Shown piece after piece: positions 48,238 through 62,689 of a stretch of 64,000 bases of DNA; positions within the stretch are counted from its first letter, which is position 1, and the number at the start of each line of letters is the position of its first letter. The notes under the pieces are model-generated. The model was given only the letters and a program-made list of their open reading frames with translations, ran no database searches and was not told the DNA's origin. The translations under genes and the position numbers were made by a program. The stretch is from Vicugna vicugna. Taxonomy: Eukaryota. The stretch covers positions 420,872 through 484,871 of the forward strand of contig MU061579.1 of NCBI GenBank assembly GCA_013265495.1, in the 5' to 3' direction.

Positions 48238-49865
48238 AATATTGATATGCTAATTAGGAGTTGTTACTTATCAAAATAAATTCCCTGAAGACACAACACT
48301 GCTAAGTACCATGCAACTTTAAAGGTAGTTACAAGGCAGACCAGCCCTCCTTCAGTCACATTCAGTAAGATTTAGTAGTGTATCTTCTGTCTGTGTTGTT
48401 AAGTTATACAACTGTCAAAATTTTACATATGTATCTTACATCCCATTTTTATTTCTATAATTTGCTTGGTAGAACAATAAGAGATAATATTTGTAATGCA
48501 GTAATAGCATAAAATCTGATAAATCCTCTAGTCCATCCCCTAATGATGGCAGAAATGAAATTCTTTACTAATAGTCCTGGAATCAACCTCATAATTTATC
48601 TAAATACAATAAAACATTTTGTCATCCTTGCCTTGCAAGTGGACTCATTTTTTTTTTTTTTTGCTAATTGGAGTCTTCATTAAACCAGTGCTCATGGGAA
48701 AAGCAAGCTTGAAGCTTTAGTGTTTAGAAGATCACCATGGTTTTCCAGAGGATCTCTCAATAGAAGCCGTATTTTAATGTTGTGAGATCATTTCAAGACA
48801 TGTTCTCAGTTTAGAAATTTAAAAATTTATTGTATATCCAGAAGCTATATAGCTTACAGTGGCTGACTCCTTCTACTGAAATGCATGGAAAACTAATGTA
48901 TAAAATCAGAAAATCTGTGTATTCCCTTCAGTGAAAATGATAACCAGTAATTACTTCAGATATTTACTTGGGCCTAGAGAGAAAAATTAACTGACTGACT
49001 GATCAAAGGGAACAGTGCTGGTTAAGCCTTCTGTATACAATCTGAAGAGTCTTGGCATTATTAACAGCACACTGCAATCAATTTAGGATACACATTTTTC
49101 TTCAGTTCATTTATACCTTAGTTGCAAGTACACATGGCCACAAATAAACCTATCAAAACTCTCATTTAACATTCTGGGTAATCTTTTCATTGGAATCACT
49201 TACTCCTGTAGCCTCTCAATTATTCCTGGGACCACTGGAGATTTCCATTTTGGGAAAATTAACCTTTTTTCCTCCCATCACAGCATTTCAAAGCCACTTG
49301 CTCTTGCTGTAATATAAGTGACCCAAGAGTGAAAAATTGCAGCAAGCCTTCAAGAAAAGATTCTCTGGGAGGTCAAAGCCTTTCTTTCTCAGCTGTCAAA
49401 AAAAAAATGTAGTTATTGTCAAGTGCAACTAAATATACCTTGAAAAAGGTTTCAGGCTATCACACAGAGTTGTTTAAAATGATCTCTATACTTTTTTTTC
49501 AGCAAAGATGAAAAAAAATTGTATGCACATATATGTATGTTTGTGCTGTCTGTATAATAACTAATGCTACTTAAAACTATGTACAGTATTTATTAAGATT
49601 AAATTAAGTGTGAAATCAAGGAAGATTATAATCCAGGCAGAAGTGAGGCAGATGTGGACTATCAAGTCACTCTACTCAAGTCCATTATGGAAAACTAGTT
49701 AAAATCATCTTCCTTAGGCCCTAAAAAGCTAATAAGATAAATTGATTTCTTATTAACAAAAGTTCTTCAGCACCTAGTGTCATGTTCATAAGTAACTGTA
49801 AAATGAATAAATGGATACATGAAAAGATCACTATTTATCAACATCCTTTAAGAAAAAGCACAATG

Positions 49866-50462
49866 TTGCTGCAAATGGCATTATTTTATTTTTTATGGCT
49901 GAGTAGTATTCCATTGTATAAATATACCACAGCTTCTTTATCTAATCATCTGTTGATGGACATTTAAGTTATTTCCATGTCTTGGTTATTGTATATAGTG
50001 CTGCTATGAAGATTGGCGTGCATGCATCTTTTTGAATTAGAGTTCACAGATGGACCTGAAGATTGTCATCCAATGTGAAGTAAGCCAGAAGGAGAATGAA
50101 AAATACCATATGATATCACTCATATGTGGCATCTGAAAAAAGGAAAAAGAAGACACTAATCTGCAAAACAGAAACAGACTCACAGACATAGTAAACAGTC
50201 CTATGGTTACTGAGAGGGAAAAGGGGATGGGAAGGGATAAATTGGGAGTTCAAGATTTGCAAATATTAACTATATATATAAAATAGATAAATAGAAAGTT
50301 TCTTCTGTATAGTACAGGGAACTATATTCAATATCTTGTAGTAACCTATAATGAAAAAGAGTATGAAAATCAATATATGTATGTAAATGTGTGACTGAAA
50401 CATTATGCTGTACACCAGAAATAACTGAGGCATTGTAAACTGAATATACTTCAATTAAAAAA
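49866..50462 (+). mobile_element. L1 with 5' inversion (twin priming)
   Basis: Antisense piece 49866-50045, sense 3' end 50046-50462 with tail; 16-bp TSD aagaaa(a/g)agcacaatg at 49850-49865 and 50463-50478; TTT/AAGA endonuclease site. Confidence 0.92.
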
Positions 50463-52044
50463 AAGAAAGAGCACAATGAAGGAGAAATAACTGTCTTCTA
50501 AAGTGTAAAACTTTATCCCCATTTACTGCCAATTCTAAGAACTCAAGTTATTTATAAAAGAGCTGACAACAATTTCAAAAATAAAACCTTTATAAAATTC
50601 TTTTCAAGACACTAGTTTCTAGCTGTTTCTCTATCCCCACAATGTGGTTGAAATCATAGAATTAGAAACTATTTCCAAGTTTTAGTTGACTTTCCATTTT
50701 TTAAAAATACATGATTCAATAAAATTTTTGCTGTAACCTAAAACAGTTATAGCCCCTTAGGGTTCGAGGCATGGCAATTTGTCCTGTTGTATTTGCAGTT
50801 CCCTTTTTCTTATATGAACAATAAACCACGGTGCTTCAGATCCCTGTATTGTGTAGAGAAGTGGTTCCAGCAGATCACGTATCATTCCACAGGATATTGA
50901 GTATGTGGACTCTCTTCTGCCTTGATCATCCTGTGTTTGCTACCAGTTAAGTCATTTTGTAAGTCTTAGATACGCACTCAGCATTCTGCTTTTGAGTCTT
51001 CTCCAACTATAGGTGTGTGAAAATTTAAAACACATGATTTATAATCAAACGTTGTTAAAGGTGCTTTTTTTCTTTCTTTTCTTTTTTTTCTTTACAAACA
51101 GGATGTCATATAATCTTTACAGCAATTTAAAAATAAGATTGTTTATTTTCATTTTACAGATAGAGCATAAGTGCTCAATAAATCATTACTAAATAAAGAA
51201 AGATAAAAAATTAAGCCACTTTTCTAAGCAATTCACATAGAAAGTGAATTGCTATGTTCATGTTCTTGCTTGGGAACTGGATCACCTCACGGTTTATGGT
51301 CTACCCTTGGAGTACCAGGAAACCGTGTATACTGAGTACAAGATACCTGCCTTGTGGAAGGAATGTTCTCGAATTTCACTTGTGAGTCAGCTCTTTTGTT
51401 TAAGGTTCAGGAATTTCTCATTTCACTAAGCTTTAATAAATAATTTTTATTTACCTAGATAGTTGATTTGCTACATGTCATTTTTTTCTTTTTATATTTC
51501 ACTAAGTATCTGTAGTCTTTTTTTTTAATATATATGACTCTTAAATAAAGCAGAATAGAAGAGGCCAGTAGAATTTCTGAATCACCTTATCTGATCTATT
51601 CTCTTAGAATAAGTGTCCCAAATCATGGAGTCTCAATTTTAATATGTTTTATGAATCAGCATCTGCTCCATTCATCCCTCCTTACCTTTATGACGTTTAC
51701 AAACTGAAGTATTTAAGGACATTAGTAAGAGTTTCAAATTCTCTGTCTAAATAACATTATTTGAGAACTCTCTCTTCCTAAGGAAAGTTTATAGACAGCA
51801 GTGGACACTACAGATTGTTCTCCCAGCATTTGTGTTCTTCCCTCCTTTATGACCCCAGCCCTGCTCCATGTACCTGGTGCATCTGTAGAAATTGGCCTCA
51901 TTTCCACTTTCGTGACAAACTTAGTTTAGGCAAAGGCAGCTTTAGAATTCACCCAGTGACTTCTGGGGTAAGCGCTGGCATTACATTGGCCCCATCACAA
52001 AGAAGGCAAGGACTTGTATTTCCTTATGTCCTGGAATATATGGC

Positions 52045-52522
52045 TGTTGTGATTATCTATTGCTGTATCACAAACATCCCCCAAACTTAGTGATTGAAAC
52101 AACAGTCATTTAATTTGTTCATAAATCTGCAATTTGGGCTGAGCTAGATGGGGATGGCTTGTCACTGCTCTGTGCAGCATCAGCCTGGCAGCTGGAGTAG
52201 GGATGGTGGATTCACTTCTAAGACAGTTCATTTACATGGATCACAGGATGGTGCTGGCTGCTCTCTGAGGAGCTCAGCTGGGAGTCTTCATTGCTCTTCG
52301 CAATATGGCCACTGGACTTCAAAAACAAGTGTTCAAAGAGAGAGGAGGTCAAAACTACCAGTCTTGTAAGGTCTTGACCTGGAAACAGACACATTCACTT
52401 CTGCCATATTCCATTGCTGAATTAGTCAGACAGCCCTCTTAGATTCAAGAGGAGAATGCATAGACTTCATTTTGAGATGAAAAGAGTGTCAAATTGTTTG
52501 TGGCCATCTTTAACGTTGCACA
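52045..52522 (-). mobile_element. MLT1 (MaLR) solo LTR, apparently nested in another old LTR (~51800-52790)
   Basis: tatctattgctgtatcacaaacatccccc aaacttagtgattgaaacaaca...tctgcaatttgggctgagc...cacttctgccatattccattg...gtttgtggccatcttta. Confidence 0.85.
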
Positions 52523-55500
52523 ATGGATAAGAAAGGCTGTAGCATTGAGGGATACTGGCAGCTATTTTGCAATTAAGAGAGAAACAAGCTTTAAGATGAA
52601 TCTAACCTAGGGGACTTCAGTGCTGAAAATGGAAAAGGCCTGGGTCCTTGAAAGTGATGAGCTACTCAGTCAAGCTATCCTGGAAACATCACTGTGTCTG
52701 GGATCCACTTACGTGAGACGATGAATTTACTCATCTTCAAAGCAAATCTAAATTGGGATATTTTTAGGTGCTATTTATACCATTCTATACCATACAGAGT
52801 TATGGAAGGATTTAGAAGACAATCTGATTTTGATTTGGTTTACAATCTATAAATTAATAGTTGGAAAGGATATGGAAGAGTGAGAATCAGTAAAAGAAGA
52901 AATAGTGTGAAAACTATGTAATTTCTGTTTATTGGCTATAATATGGTTCATGCTAATTTAATTATTGAACCACAAAAGAACTACTAAATTAATACTAATT
53001 AATATGTCAATTCTCTTGAACTAAATGACAATTTCTTTTTTACAACAGGTGGGTAGTCATGAACTACTTGATGTGTTTGTTTTGCAATCTGTGGCAGATT
53101 TTAAGTATATCCTAATTAATTTACTAATGGAATTTGAACATTAATTGATATCTTACAAAGTCTTTAGAATTATAAAAAATAGATGATGCTATACAAATCT
53201 TACTAGAAAGAAATTGACTTACCTGTCATTCTATCAATCAAAAATTATTTTAGCAAGAATGTCTAAATCTGCCAGCAATAATAATTTGGGCCTACTTTGT
53301 AAGATACTAAAGTACACAAAAAGAAAACCTATGTCTGCTTTTAGTTTTGTTTTATTTTGTTTTCATTTCTAGCCATCTTATGGTAAAATGAAAATAATAG
53401 CCAGAGGGGCAAAAGTACAAACCATTACAATTATTTTTTTCTTTTTCTTTCTTCCTTTCTTCTTTTCTTTTCTTTCCTTTCTTTTCTCTCTTTGTCCTTT
53501 TTTGTTCTTAACCTCTTAGTGTAAATAACTGAATTGGTACCGTTAATATCTACTAAGAATGAGGTGTTAAAACTTTTTTCTGTATAAATGTAATTGGAGG
53601 AATTTATATTAAAATATCAAACTCCACATCCCTAAAGATTATAATCTAGTAAAAGTAGATGGAATTTGCAAATTAACAATTATCTCAAGCGATTCTGTTC
53701 AAGGACTATTTTGAGAAAAGACCTGATTAGTGGGATGAGAAGGGAAAAGGAATGAAGGGAAAAGTAATGAAAGGAAAAGGGCAAGAAAGAAACAAAATAT
53801 ACATCTAAACGTAGCTAAATATAGGTCAGTTAGTCCACAATTTTCCAAAATATGGATTTTAATTCCTTTAATGTCTCTGAGATGATGCATTGTTTTACAT
53901 TGTGACCTAAATAATTAGAAAAATGATCAATATAATCCTATTGCTACTGCATGCAGGTGTAATTGAAAATTTTTTTCAAATGCATAATTTTGATTAGATT
54001 ATTCAATCTAGAAGACAATTGCATAAAATGAATTAACATAATTTTTGAAAAAACATTGTCTATACAGAATTTAAAATAAGAATATCACTTAATAAAAATT
54101 ATCCTTAAAAATGTCTTTAATCACCTATAAAATAAAGTTTGTACACTTATAAAGCCCTGAAAGCAATAAGACATAGTGTATAATAAAGATACTTATGCAA
54201 AGTATAATTCTGCAACCATGATTAAGTTCCCCACAGCTCCCAGCACCCCCTCTCTTCCTTTCTCTCTCTTCCCCTCCACCCTCATTTTCATTAAGTCCAA
54301 AATTGTGTCAATTAGACACAGGCTGTTATTAGGGACCCTAGTCTAGTAATTTACTCCCTCAGAGTATGTGTCCTCATTTAAAAAAAAAAAAAACAAGGCA
54401 CTTTATGAGAACATCACTCATATTTTAAATGTTTGTATCTTTTCTCTCTCTTCTCAACACTTTCCTCTGTGTATATACACATAGATACACACACACATAT
54501 CTGCATGCAACTAATATACTTTGATGTTGACCTCACACATCTAGAATGATTATATGTTTTATGCAATTTCAGTAGATTCACATATTAAGATAATTCACTA
54601 CTTTAGGTAGTCATAATCATCCCATAACTATGCCACCATCCCCATTATGACATGCAGATATTTGTATACTGCTGAACAGCAAAATAAGTATTCTGATCTT
54701 GTATTTTACATACCTCAGAAAACAAAATCTACTAATACAAACTTAGGTTTATTATTTTTGGATCTAATAACTGACAAGATGAGATCATCTTTCTTCCAGT
54801 CCAAAAATTTAATGCCTTCTTTGAGAAATAGAACAGCTCTGACACCAGCACAAACATGTCTACTAAATTTGCAAATAAATCTAGAAATAGTATTAATAAG
54901 CTGCTTCTGTCTCTACTGTAAAAGTTGAAAAAAAATTAACAATATAGTATTGACAAGAGAAATACAGCAAAAAGTATGTAATAAATGTAAATCTGTTACA
55001 TTAGCTACACTGTTGAACAGGTATAGAATAAATAAAGTAATGTAAACTTCTTGTAATTTGTTCTGTAGATTACGGTGTATGTAATTTTTACTCACCAAGG
55101 CAAGACTCTAACTTCATTATATTTATGAAAAAGGTCTCTGGCCAATTTAGTGTTAGATATTGCCAGTTTACCCAAATAGAATTTGACATGGCCAGTTTAC
55201 AAGAATATTATAACTTTCAATAAAGTACATTTTAGACAAATAGATATTTCACAAACTACAGTCTTGGCTGATGTTTTGCTAGGTGGGCTCATGTGCAGAA
55301 GATATTCTGCACTCTGAGCACATTAAGAGTATATCCCTGCATAAGGGGTGAAATGTTGGAGTCATTAAAATTTAAAGAGTGTAATTCTAGGGGAAAATAA
55401 GGAAAGAGAATTGAAAGGAAAGTTGGAGATGGAGTAATTTAGAAAAATTTTCTCTCCTTTTTATTATTCCTTAATTTTTTTCTGTTTCATCTCCATCTTC

Positions 55501-56344
55501 AAAACATACTCACTGAGGCATGCTTCAGTAGGCTGAGGATCAATTAAAGTACATGACATTGAGGAATGAATACCCTACAGAGTTGGCTCTATCTCAAGGT
55601 GCATTTCCTTGTTAGAAGAGGCAGTATCTTTAATCCAGTGTCTTTGGGACATCCAGTGTCCTTTTAATTCAGTGTCCCTCGCATCACTCTTCTGTCACTC
55701 GGCCAATCTTTCCCTTACACACATACGCATATACTAAATATTACCTACAATACTAGTTCTACCAACAAGTCACTAATGTTAACCAGTATCAGTTCTGGTT
55801 ATGGGTAAATGCTAACTAGTACTGATTCTGGCTCAGGTTAGGCATCTCAAAAGCTATCTAATCTTCCTAACCTCAGGGTTCAGTTAAACACAAAAGTGCA
55901 AAATTAAAGCGTCAACTTGGTGAATGTCTAGGATGTTGTGTTAACTTGTCCTAAAAATAGAACTGGATCTAAAACAGAAATCCCTAAAAGTCTATTCCAA
56001 CAGAAAAACCAAAAAGATCAGGTCTGTTTTTGAAAGCACCAACTAATGCAAATGTTTCAACCTAGGAAGTGCATGGAAACCTATATCTGTTTAGTATAAT
56101 GTCAACCATGGCGTTCTTTCCAAGAAAACATACTGTGGACAGTATCATGGTATTTCCAGGTCTTGTGGTTAAACTCTCTCACACTAATTCCAACACCCTA
56201 AATTCTTCTCTAAGTGGTTCTCATTAGTATGAAGCCCCTCTTGTACGCAGTGTAAATAAACGTAGGTATCATAAAGAACATCCCTTTCCACAGCCTTTCT
56301 CTTTGGTTAATTTCAAAATCAAATGTTAATGATTAGATCTACCT

Positions 56345-56560
56345 GGAAGAGAAAAGGCTGCAGAAAGCCTGGAATCTTTGATCTATGTCTGCCAATTATG
56401 AGACGTGTGAGCTTGGGAATCACTTGAACTTGCTGTATTTGTTTCTTTCTCTATAAATTAAGAAAAAAAAATTGTCAGGCTCACAAGATTGTTGTGAAAA
56501 CAAAGGATAAAAGTGGTTTGAAATGGACACTGTTGTGAAGAAAATAAAGTTGTTTTTTAC
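56345..56560 (+). mobile_element. MIR SINE
   Basis: tgtgagcttgggaatcacttgaacttgctgtatttgtttctttctctataaa...ctcacaagattgttgtgaa. Confidence 0.65.
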
Positions 56561-56684
56561 TTATATTCTACCAAGTTAAGTTTTCAATAAACTGTACTCA
56601 TATGAATTAAGTGGATAATTATTTAATGGCTATATAAACACATAAGTGAAAAAAACAGCCTTTTACTATTTATTGGTGAGATAC

Positions 56685-57140
56685 TGTTGTGGACTTATTA
56701 AATGCCCCCAGAGATGTCATGTTTAACCCCTCACATCTGTGAATATGTTAGTTCACATGGTAAGAGAGACTTGGCAGATGTGACAAGCTTAAGAATCTTA
56801 TGATGGGAAGGTTTTCCTAGTAAGACCAATAGAAGCCCAAGGACCAATAGAGGCCCAAGGAAGAAGGAGGAGATGTGGTAAAGGAAGCAGATGTTGGGTG
56901 GTGAGAGGAAGGCACCAGGAACCAAGGAATGTGGGCAAATTCTAGAAGCTGAGAAAGGCAAGGAGGCAGATTCTCTCCTAGAAACTTCTTTTGAGCACAG
57001 CCCTTGATTTAGGACTTTTGACTTCCAAAATGGTGAGATAATAAATCTGTGTTGTCAGAAAAATAAGATGATAAATTTGTGTTGTTTTAAGCCACTAAAT
57101 TTAGGATGATTTGCCACTACAGCAATAGGAAACTAATATA
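56685..57140 (+). mobile_element. MLT1C/D-type solo LTR
   Basis: ctgtgaatatgttagttcacatggtaagagagacttggcagatgtga; ccaaggaatgtgggc...ctagaagctgagaaaggcaaggaggcagattctctcctaga; ttaagccactaaattt...cagcaataggaaactaata. Confidence 0.9.
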
Positions 57141-57244
57141 GAGTCTATGTGCTGAGCCCCATTCTAGGTGATGGAAATCCGTAGATGGACAAAATGGAGA
57201 ACTGTGCCAAACTTGGCGCTCTGCACCTGACAAAAAATCAAGTC

Positions 57245-57400
57245 ATTTTTCACAACAACTCTACAAAGTAGACATAATTAGCCCCCCTTTTTTTACAGAT
57301 GAAGAGACTGGGAGTCAGAATAATGTCTCCATTGTCACACACCTAATAAGTGAGCTGTGAATGTTCAGAGCCTGTGCCCTGTACACACATGGTATTACCT
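57245..57400 (-). mobile_element. MIR SINE
   Basis: tcacaacaactctacaaagtag...ttttacagatgaagagactgggagtcaga...gtcacacacctaataagt. Confidence 0.75.
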
Positions 57401-58796
57401 CCTCCAAATAACCCAGAAGTGCAGGGTGGAAGAATGCAGGTTATGCACCAAAGATCTGTTTGCTGAGACATGATTTTGCCACATGGAAGGAGATAGGGGA
57501 GAAAAAAAGCAAATGAAGAGAAGAGGTTTACTTTGTAGAGTTTCATTTGAAGAGTTGGAATTGAAGTCACGTAACATAAGATAAGTCCACATCCCCAAAT
57601 CAATTAAAAAAAAAGTTTTCATTTAATTCAAACTTTCTTTTAATAAATAATTGTTCTACAGACATTCATTTCAGATTTTTATTTGTAAATGCCTTTGTGA
57701 GTCTCTTTATTTATAATTCAAAACATCAAAATAAAACAAAAATGATGTCATTATATCATTTCCATTAACACACTTATTACTTGTTAAGTATTTAGGAAAT
57801 CATCATGGAAGAGCAAATTTTTGCAATTTTTCCAGGAACTATTAATAGCACTCTTTTCTCACCTCAAACACTTTTCTCTCCAAGCATTTCTCACCACTTT
57901 TTTTTTTCATTTTCCGTCTCATATTTGCTCCTTTTGTGGGCTTCTACTTATGAACCCAGCAATTACAAACGCCTATTTCTCCTTATCATCTTTGCCCATA
58001 AATAGAAGACTAATGAAAACCACTTTAATTCTACTTTAAAATACTTTAATTCATGGATAGGTTTCATGTTACCTGACGTTTACTGATGAAAGATCTTATA
58101 TAAACTATGAAATTTTCATTACACAAAAGAGATAGGTAGAACCTGGGAATATTCAGAAGAAAGTCAGATTTATGGTCTCAAAAAGTATGAATCCAATGAG
58201 AAAAATATAACCTGGTTCACTCAGTTTTAGGAAAAGAAGATTCACTAAAAACTTTAACACTTTTTCTTGAACAAGAAATGGTAATCTTTGAAGTACAGTA
58301 AAACTATAGATACTGCTTTATATTAGGAGATAGAATTTTAACTGATTTGGCTTTTAAAACAATAGAATGGATTGAAAAAGAAGGCAAAAAATATTTTTAA
58401 ACAAAAGTATTTATGGATAAGGTTTATTAATACACTCCCACTTATGCTGAATATTTTTAGTTTTGGTCAAATACAAGTTGAAGAACCCCAGGGTCCATAG
58501 AAGTTGCTCCTAGCCCTGAGCTCATCCTATTTATTTGTTTTCACTAATTGGAAGCACATTTCTTAGAAATGAAAAAAAAAAGTAGCCTTTCAAAAAGCAT
58601 GTCTTGCCTGAAGGTTTTTCAACTAGGGTGAAAACAATAGTTGCAAAGCCCATTAGTTTTTTTTTTCTTAAAATAATTTATTTCAAAAAGTCATTAGCTT
58701 AATAGAAAGGAATTGACAGAAGTCCTTTAGGATTTCTACTTTAAATTTCAGGGATTTGCCTCATTAAAAATCAATTGCAGAACCAAGCCTCACGTA

Positions 58797-58827
58797 TGTG
58801 TGTGTGTGTGTGTGTGAGGAGAGAGAG
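58797..58827. repeat. (TG)n(GA)n compound microsatellite
   Basis: Direct reading. Confidence 0.9.
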
Positions 58828-59925
58828 AAAATGATTTAAAAATCTTGGCCAGTTTTATTTAAATATTTCTGAGAATAAAAAAAAATCTTAAATGATATTA
58901 ACAAAGACTTCTTTTAGATATTTACATTTTTCTAATAGAAAATATAGTGTTACTTCTGGACGTGTCATTATTATGAATTTCCAAAAGCTAAATCTCATTA
59001 TGTCTCATAGTCTGTTAGAAATTTCACTTTCTGATAGTTTCCTTATAAATTAAGTCTTAAAATTGCTCCCATTATTTCTACTACTCTGCTGCAAATTTAA
59101 CACTGAGTGAGTTTAATAAATTGTAAACATTACCCAACAATGTATATGTCATGGTGAGAAAATAAATACATGCCGACTGCTAAGTTTTTCATTCGAAGAA
59201 AAAGAAAAGAGTTGGCTGAAAATAGAAACCTAAGAATCTAGGAAAAGGATGATAATAACATACTTAGCACTTTTCTAAGTAATTCTTTTTCCATTATCTT
59301 CAGCTATTTAAAAACCTTTGTGCTTGATAACGCGAGCTCCTTAAGAGGTACTATCTGGAGGTTGGTGGAATACGTGATATATTTCTTTCTTCCCTCGTGG
59401 GAGAGTAGTTGTTATCAACTGCTGTTACTTCCAAGGACTTCACGTGTCAGAGGACAATGACCACAGGCAAAGGTTGTCCTTGGAGTCAGACCAAGGAAAT
59501 GGCTCCAGTAATATAATGATATCTACAGTTGTTTAGAGAAACAAAAGTAAGATATGAGAATGATTTGCCTTCTTTTGTAACTAATGAAGCAGTTTCTTCA
59601 TTTAGGAAAGGAGGCCATCTACTCGTTGTCTTAGAACACATATCGTGGGTATTGCCATCAGTCCCTTCTTCTCCTGGCTATTTCTTCTAAAATTACCTCT
59701 TACCCATGAGCTTTTAGATTTGCAAGAGGCCATGGAAGAAATTACTTCTTTAGATTCAAAAGCAATAGTCAGGTTTCAGTGCACACATCACATCAGTTGA
59801 AAATTTGTCATGCGTCCAAAGGCACTTGTAAAATCAGTCGTAATAAAAAGCTGATATACACATTGCTTCAATAATATTGGACGGTTAGGCCAGCAAGGAA
59901 CTTAGGGTGTGGAGAATAGAAGGTT

Positions 59926-59972
59926 GATAGGTAAAGATAGATAGATAGATAGATAGATAAAGATAGGTAGAT
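59926..59972. repeat. (GATA)n tetranucleotide repeat
   Basis: Direct reading. Confidence 0.9.
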
Positions 59973-61832
59973 ATTCTGACTTTGTCCCAATAATGGCTAA
60001 GAACATAGTCCATGACTTCTGAGACTTTCTTTAATGCTTATATTGTTTGCAGATCCCTTCTAATTCAGTCACCATTTTTCAGAGAAACTACCCAAATAGC
60101 CTAATAGTGGTAGAATTCCAACAGGACACTCAGGAATCCTTTCCACTAATTTTTCAAAAACAACTTTTTGAAGTGATTATCAATCACCCAAAGTATTTAC
60201 AGTGTTTCTTGTCCTTTTAATTATTCAAATAGATTTAGCAAAAATAATGCAGCAGTAGTTGTTAAATTAAAGTCCCACAAACAGAAATAGAACAGGCACC
60301 TTTAAAAGTTATAAGCTTTTTCCAAATACATTATTATACAATTTCTTATGATAGACTCTCCAATTGTACTATCTTTAAGGTCAGGAGTCAGTAACGTTAT
60401 TTTTTTTCCCTTCCTTAACCCGAGTGACAATTCTCTATGTTCTATTTTGAGTTTTTCTGTTAGCATGCTTCCTGATATAAATTTGAAAATATTTTTAAAA
60501 GATAAAAACCCAAAGCAACAAAACCCAGAGTAAACATGTCTACAATGTAGGAATGCCTTGAATTTTAATGGAACAGGTGAAACTATTTCAATCTTTTAAG
60601 TTATGTGAGTATACTCGGTTAAGAATATAATTCAATCCATTAGGATGTTGTAAGATTGCAGTGTTATCCTCACACAAAGACACAGACATAAATGAAAAGA
60701 AAAATAATCAGCTCTGTGTTCAGATCATGGGGTGGTACTGTCAAATATTTCTTCAAGATGTATCCTGTACATAAAGTCCTGAGAAAGAACTTCGTCTCCG
60801 CCCCTAGCATCATAGTTGGATGGCCCTGTGACTAACATGTAAGAGATGGGTTAAGGTCCAACATCTTCTAAATCTGTATTCCAGAACCTGGCCTCACTAG
60901 CAATCCAAGTAGGTCATAACAAAAAAGTGTCCAAGGAATGCAGCAACAACTTATAGCTACTTTAATGAGATAGTGTGTTAAGGAAGTAGATTGAAAAGGC
61001 CAAGAAAAACTCCTTTTGGTACTTTTTGCTGAAATGTTACCATTAATCAAATCAGTGAAAGAAATCATTTAAAATCCAAATTGTTTTCTAATAGGTAGAA
61101 AAATCCGATCAACTAATAAGAATACACTGAGTTCCCACTTGATGTTTAATATTGACAGAGGGGTCAGGATACCTCCTGCCATTTTCATTTGTTCTTGAAC
61201 CATATTTGGCTAGTTCCTAAGAAGAATGGGATACTAATACATGGGTACAAAGTAATCAAATAAAAGTCAGGCGAACTTTGAGTGGGGTTTAGGGAAGTTA
61301 AGAATCAGGAGGCTCTGTGCAATCTTATCAAACAATTATTTGGTAGTTCCTGATTGTTACCCAAGGCAAATAGTTCTAGGTTCTCTTTGGATCAGGTTCA
61401 GAGAGTTCTGAACAGCAATACAAAGAAATAGGGAAGAAGTAAAATAGTAAATAGGTCAGAAAGAACAATGGAATATAAAATAATTAATTCAAAATTTTGC
61501 TTATAGATAAACTTGGTTTTATTACATTTAATAGATAATCAATTAAATTCACTGTTGAGACAAAAATACACTTTTTTTGTGCAAATCATTTATCCCTTCA
61601 TTGTTAAATGAATGAAATAAAATGATGGGAATAATTTAATTTGGTTTTCAACAGCTCTCAGTCCAAAGAGGAGAGAAAAAACTTAGAAGTTAGATTGTTT
61701 GTGTTTGGTTAATATATGTGTGTAATATGCTAAAGAAATCTAATCTCACTTCAATATTTGCAGAAAGAGATACCATTTATTAAAAACTCTGGGGCAGTCA
61801 TTTTACTGCAAGTTTCTTTGCTTAACAAAATA

Positions 61833-62070
61833 GATTCATTCAGCAAATATTTATGGAGCATCTCCTGAGCTCCAGGCAATGAAACACATACAGCAGATTC
61901 AGAGATGAGTAGGATAAACTGCATTTTTTTGAGGAACTCAAAATCCTGTGTGAGAGGTATACATTGAAAACACTGCCATACAAATACCACTCGTGTAATA
62001 AAATTTAGTACAAAGTTTTACAGGTATATTGAAGAGGGAGTGATTATCTTTGACGGAAGAGGGTTCGAAA
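61833..62070 (-). mobile_element. L2 3' fragment
   Basis: attcattcagcaaatatttatggagcatctcctgagctccaggca...gaggaactcaaaatcctg. Confidence 0.7.
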
Positions 62071-62689
62071 TATCATCACAAAGACATTATACCTGACAAG
62101 AGAATATGGCTGGAAAAATACAAACTTCTTAGGATAAATCTCTACTAGGGCTCCATCACTACCTAAAACCCCTACTCTAACATTCTCAAAAAGAACCATA
62201 TCTCTCCTCTTATCAGACTTTTAATGCTTTTTCCCCCTATTTCTGTAGGAAAATAGAAGAATTGCATTAGAACAATTTCATCATGTCAGCACCAAATCTC
62301 TCAGCTTGCATCAATCTCTAGAACTATTTCTTTATTTTCTCCATAAAAGTGAAAGATTTTTGCCTGCTTAACTCTAAGTCCAATACCTCTATTTGTATCT
62401 TGGATCCCATTGTCTCTCAACATTCAATGAGTTGTATTGTCAATGATTTTCTTTACCTCCTTCATCACTATGTTCCCCCCTTTTGTTGGATTATACCTAT
62501 CAGGACTCAAGTGTACTTTGGTATCTTCAATTTTAATAAAATACTCTTTTTTTACCTCATGTCACATCACCTCACAACTAATATGTTTCTTTATCTAAGC
62601 CTCATTGTCATTTTTTTCAGTGGTTGCTCCTGTGATTATAATTTATCTTTAATATATCAAATCTACCTTCATGTAATTATACTCTGAGA

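Noticed and set aside
53031..53054. Second plus-strand AG|GT motif (tttttacaacag|gtgggt); a similar minus-strand motif lies at 27720-27745
   Set aside because: Short tracts and weaker sites; expected by chance in AT-rich DNA.
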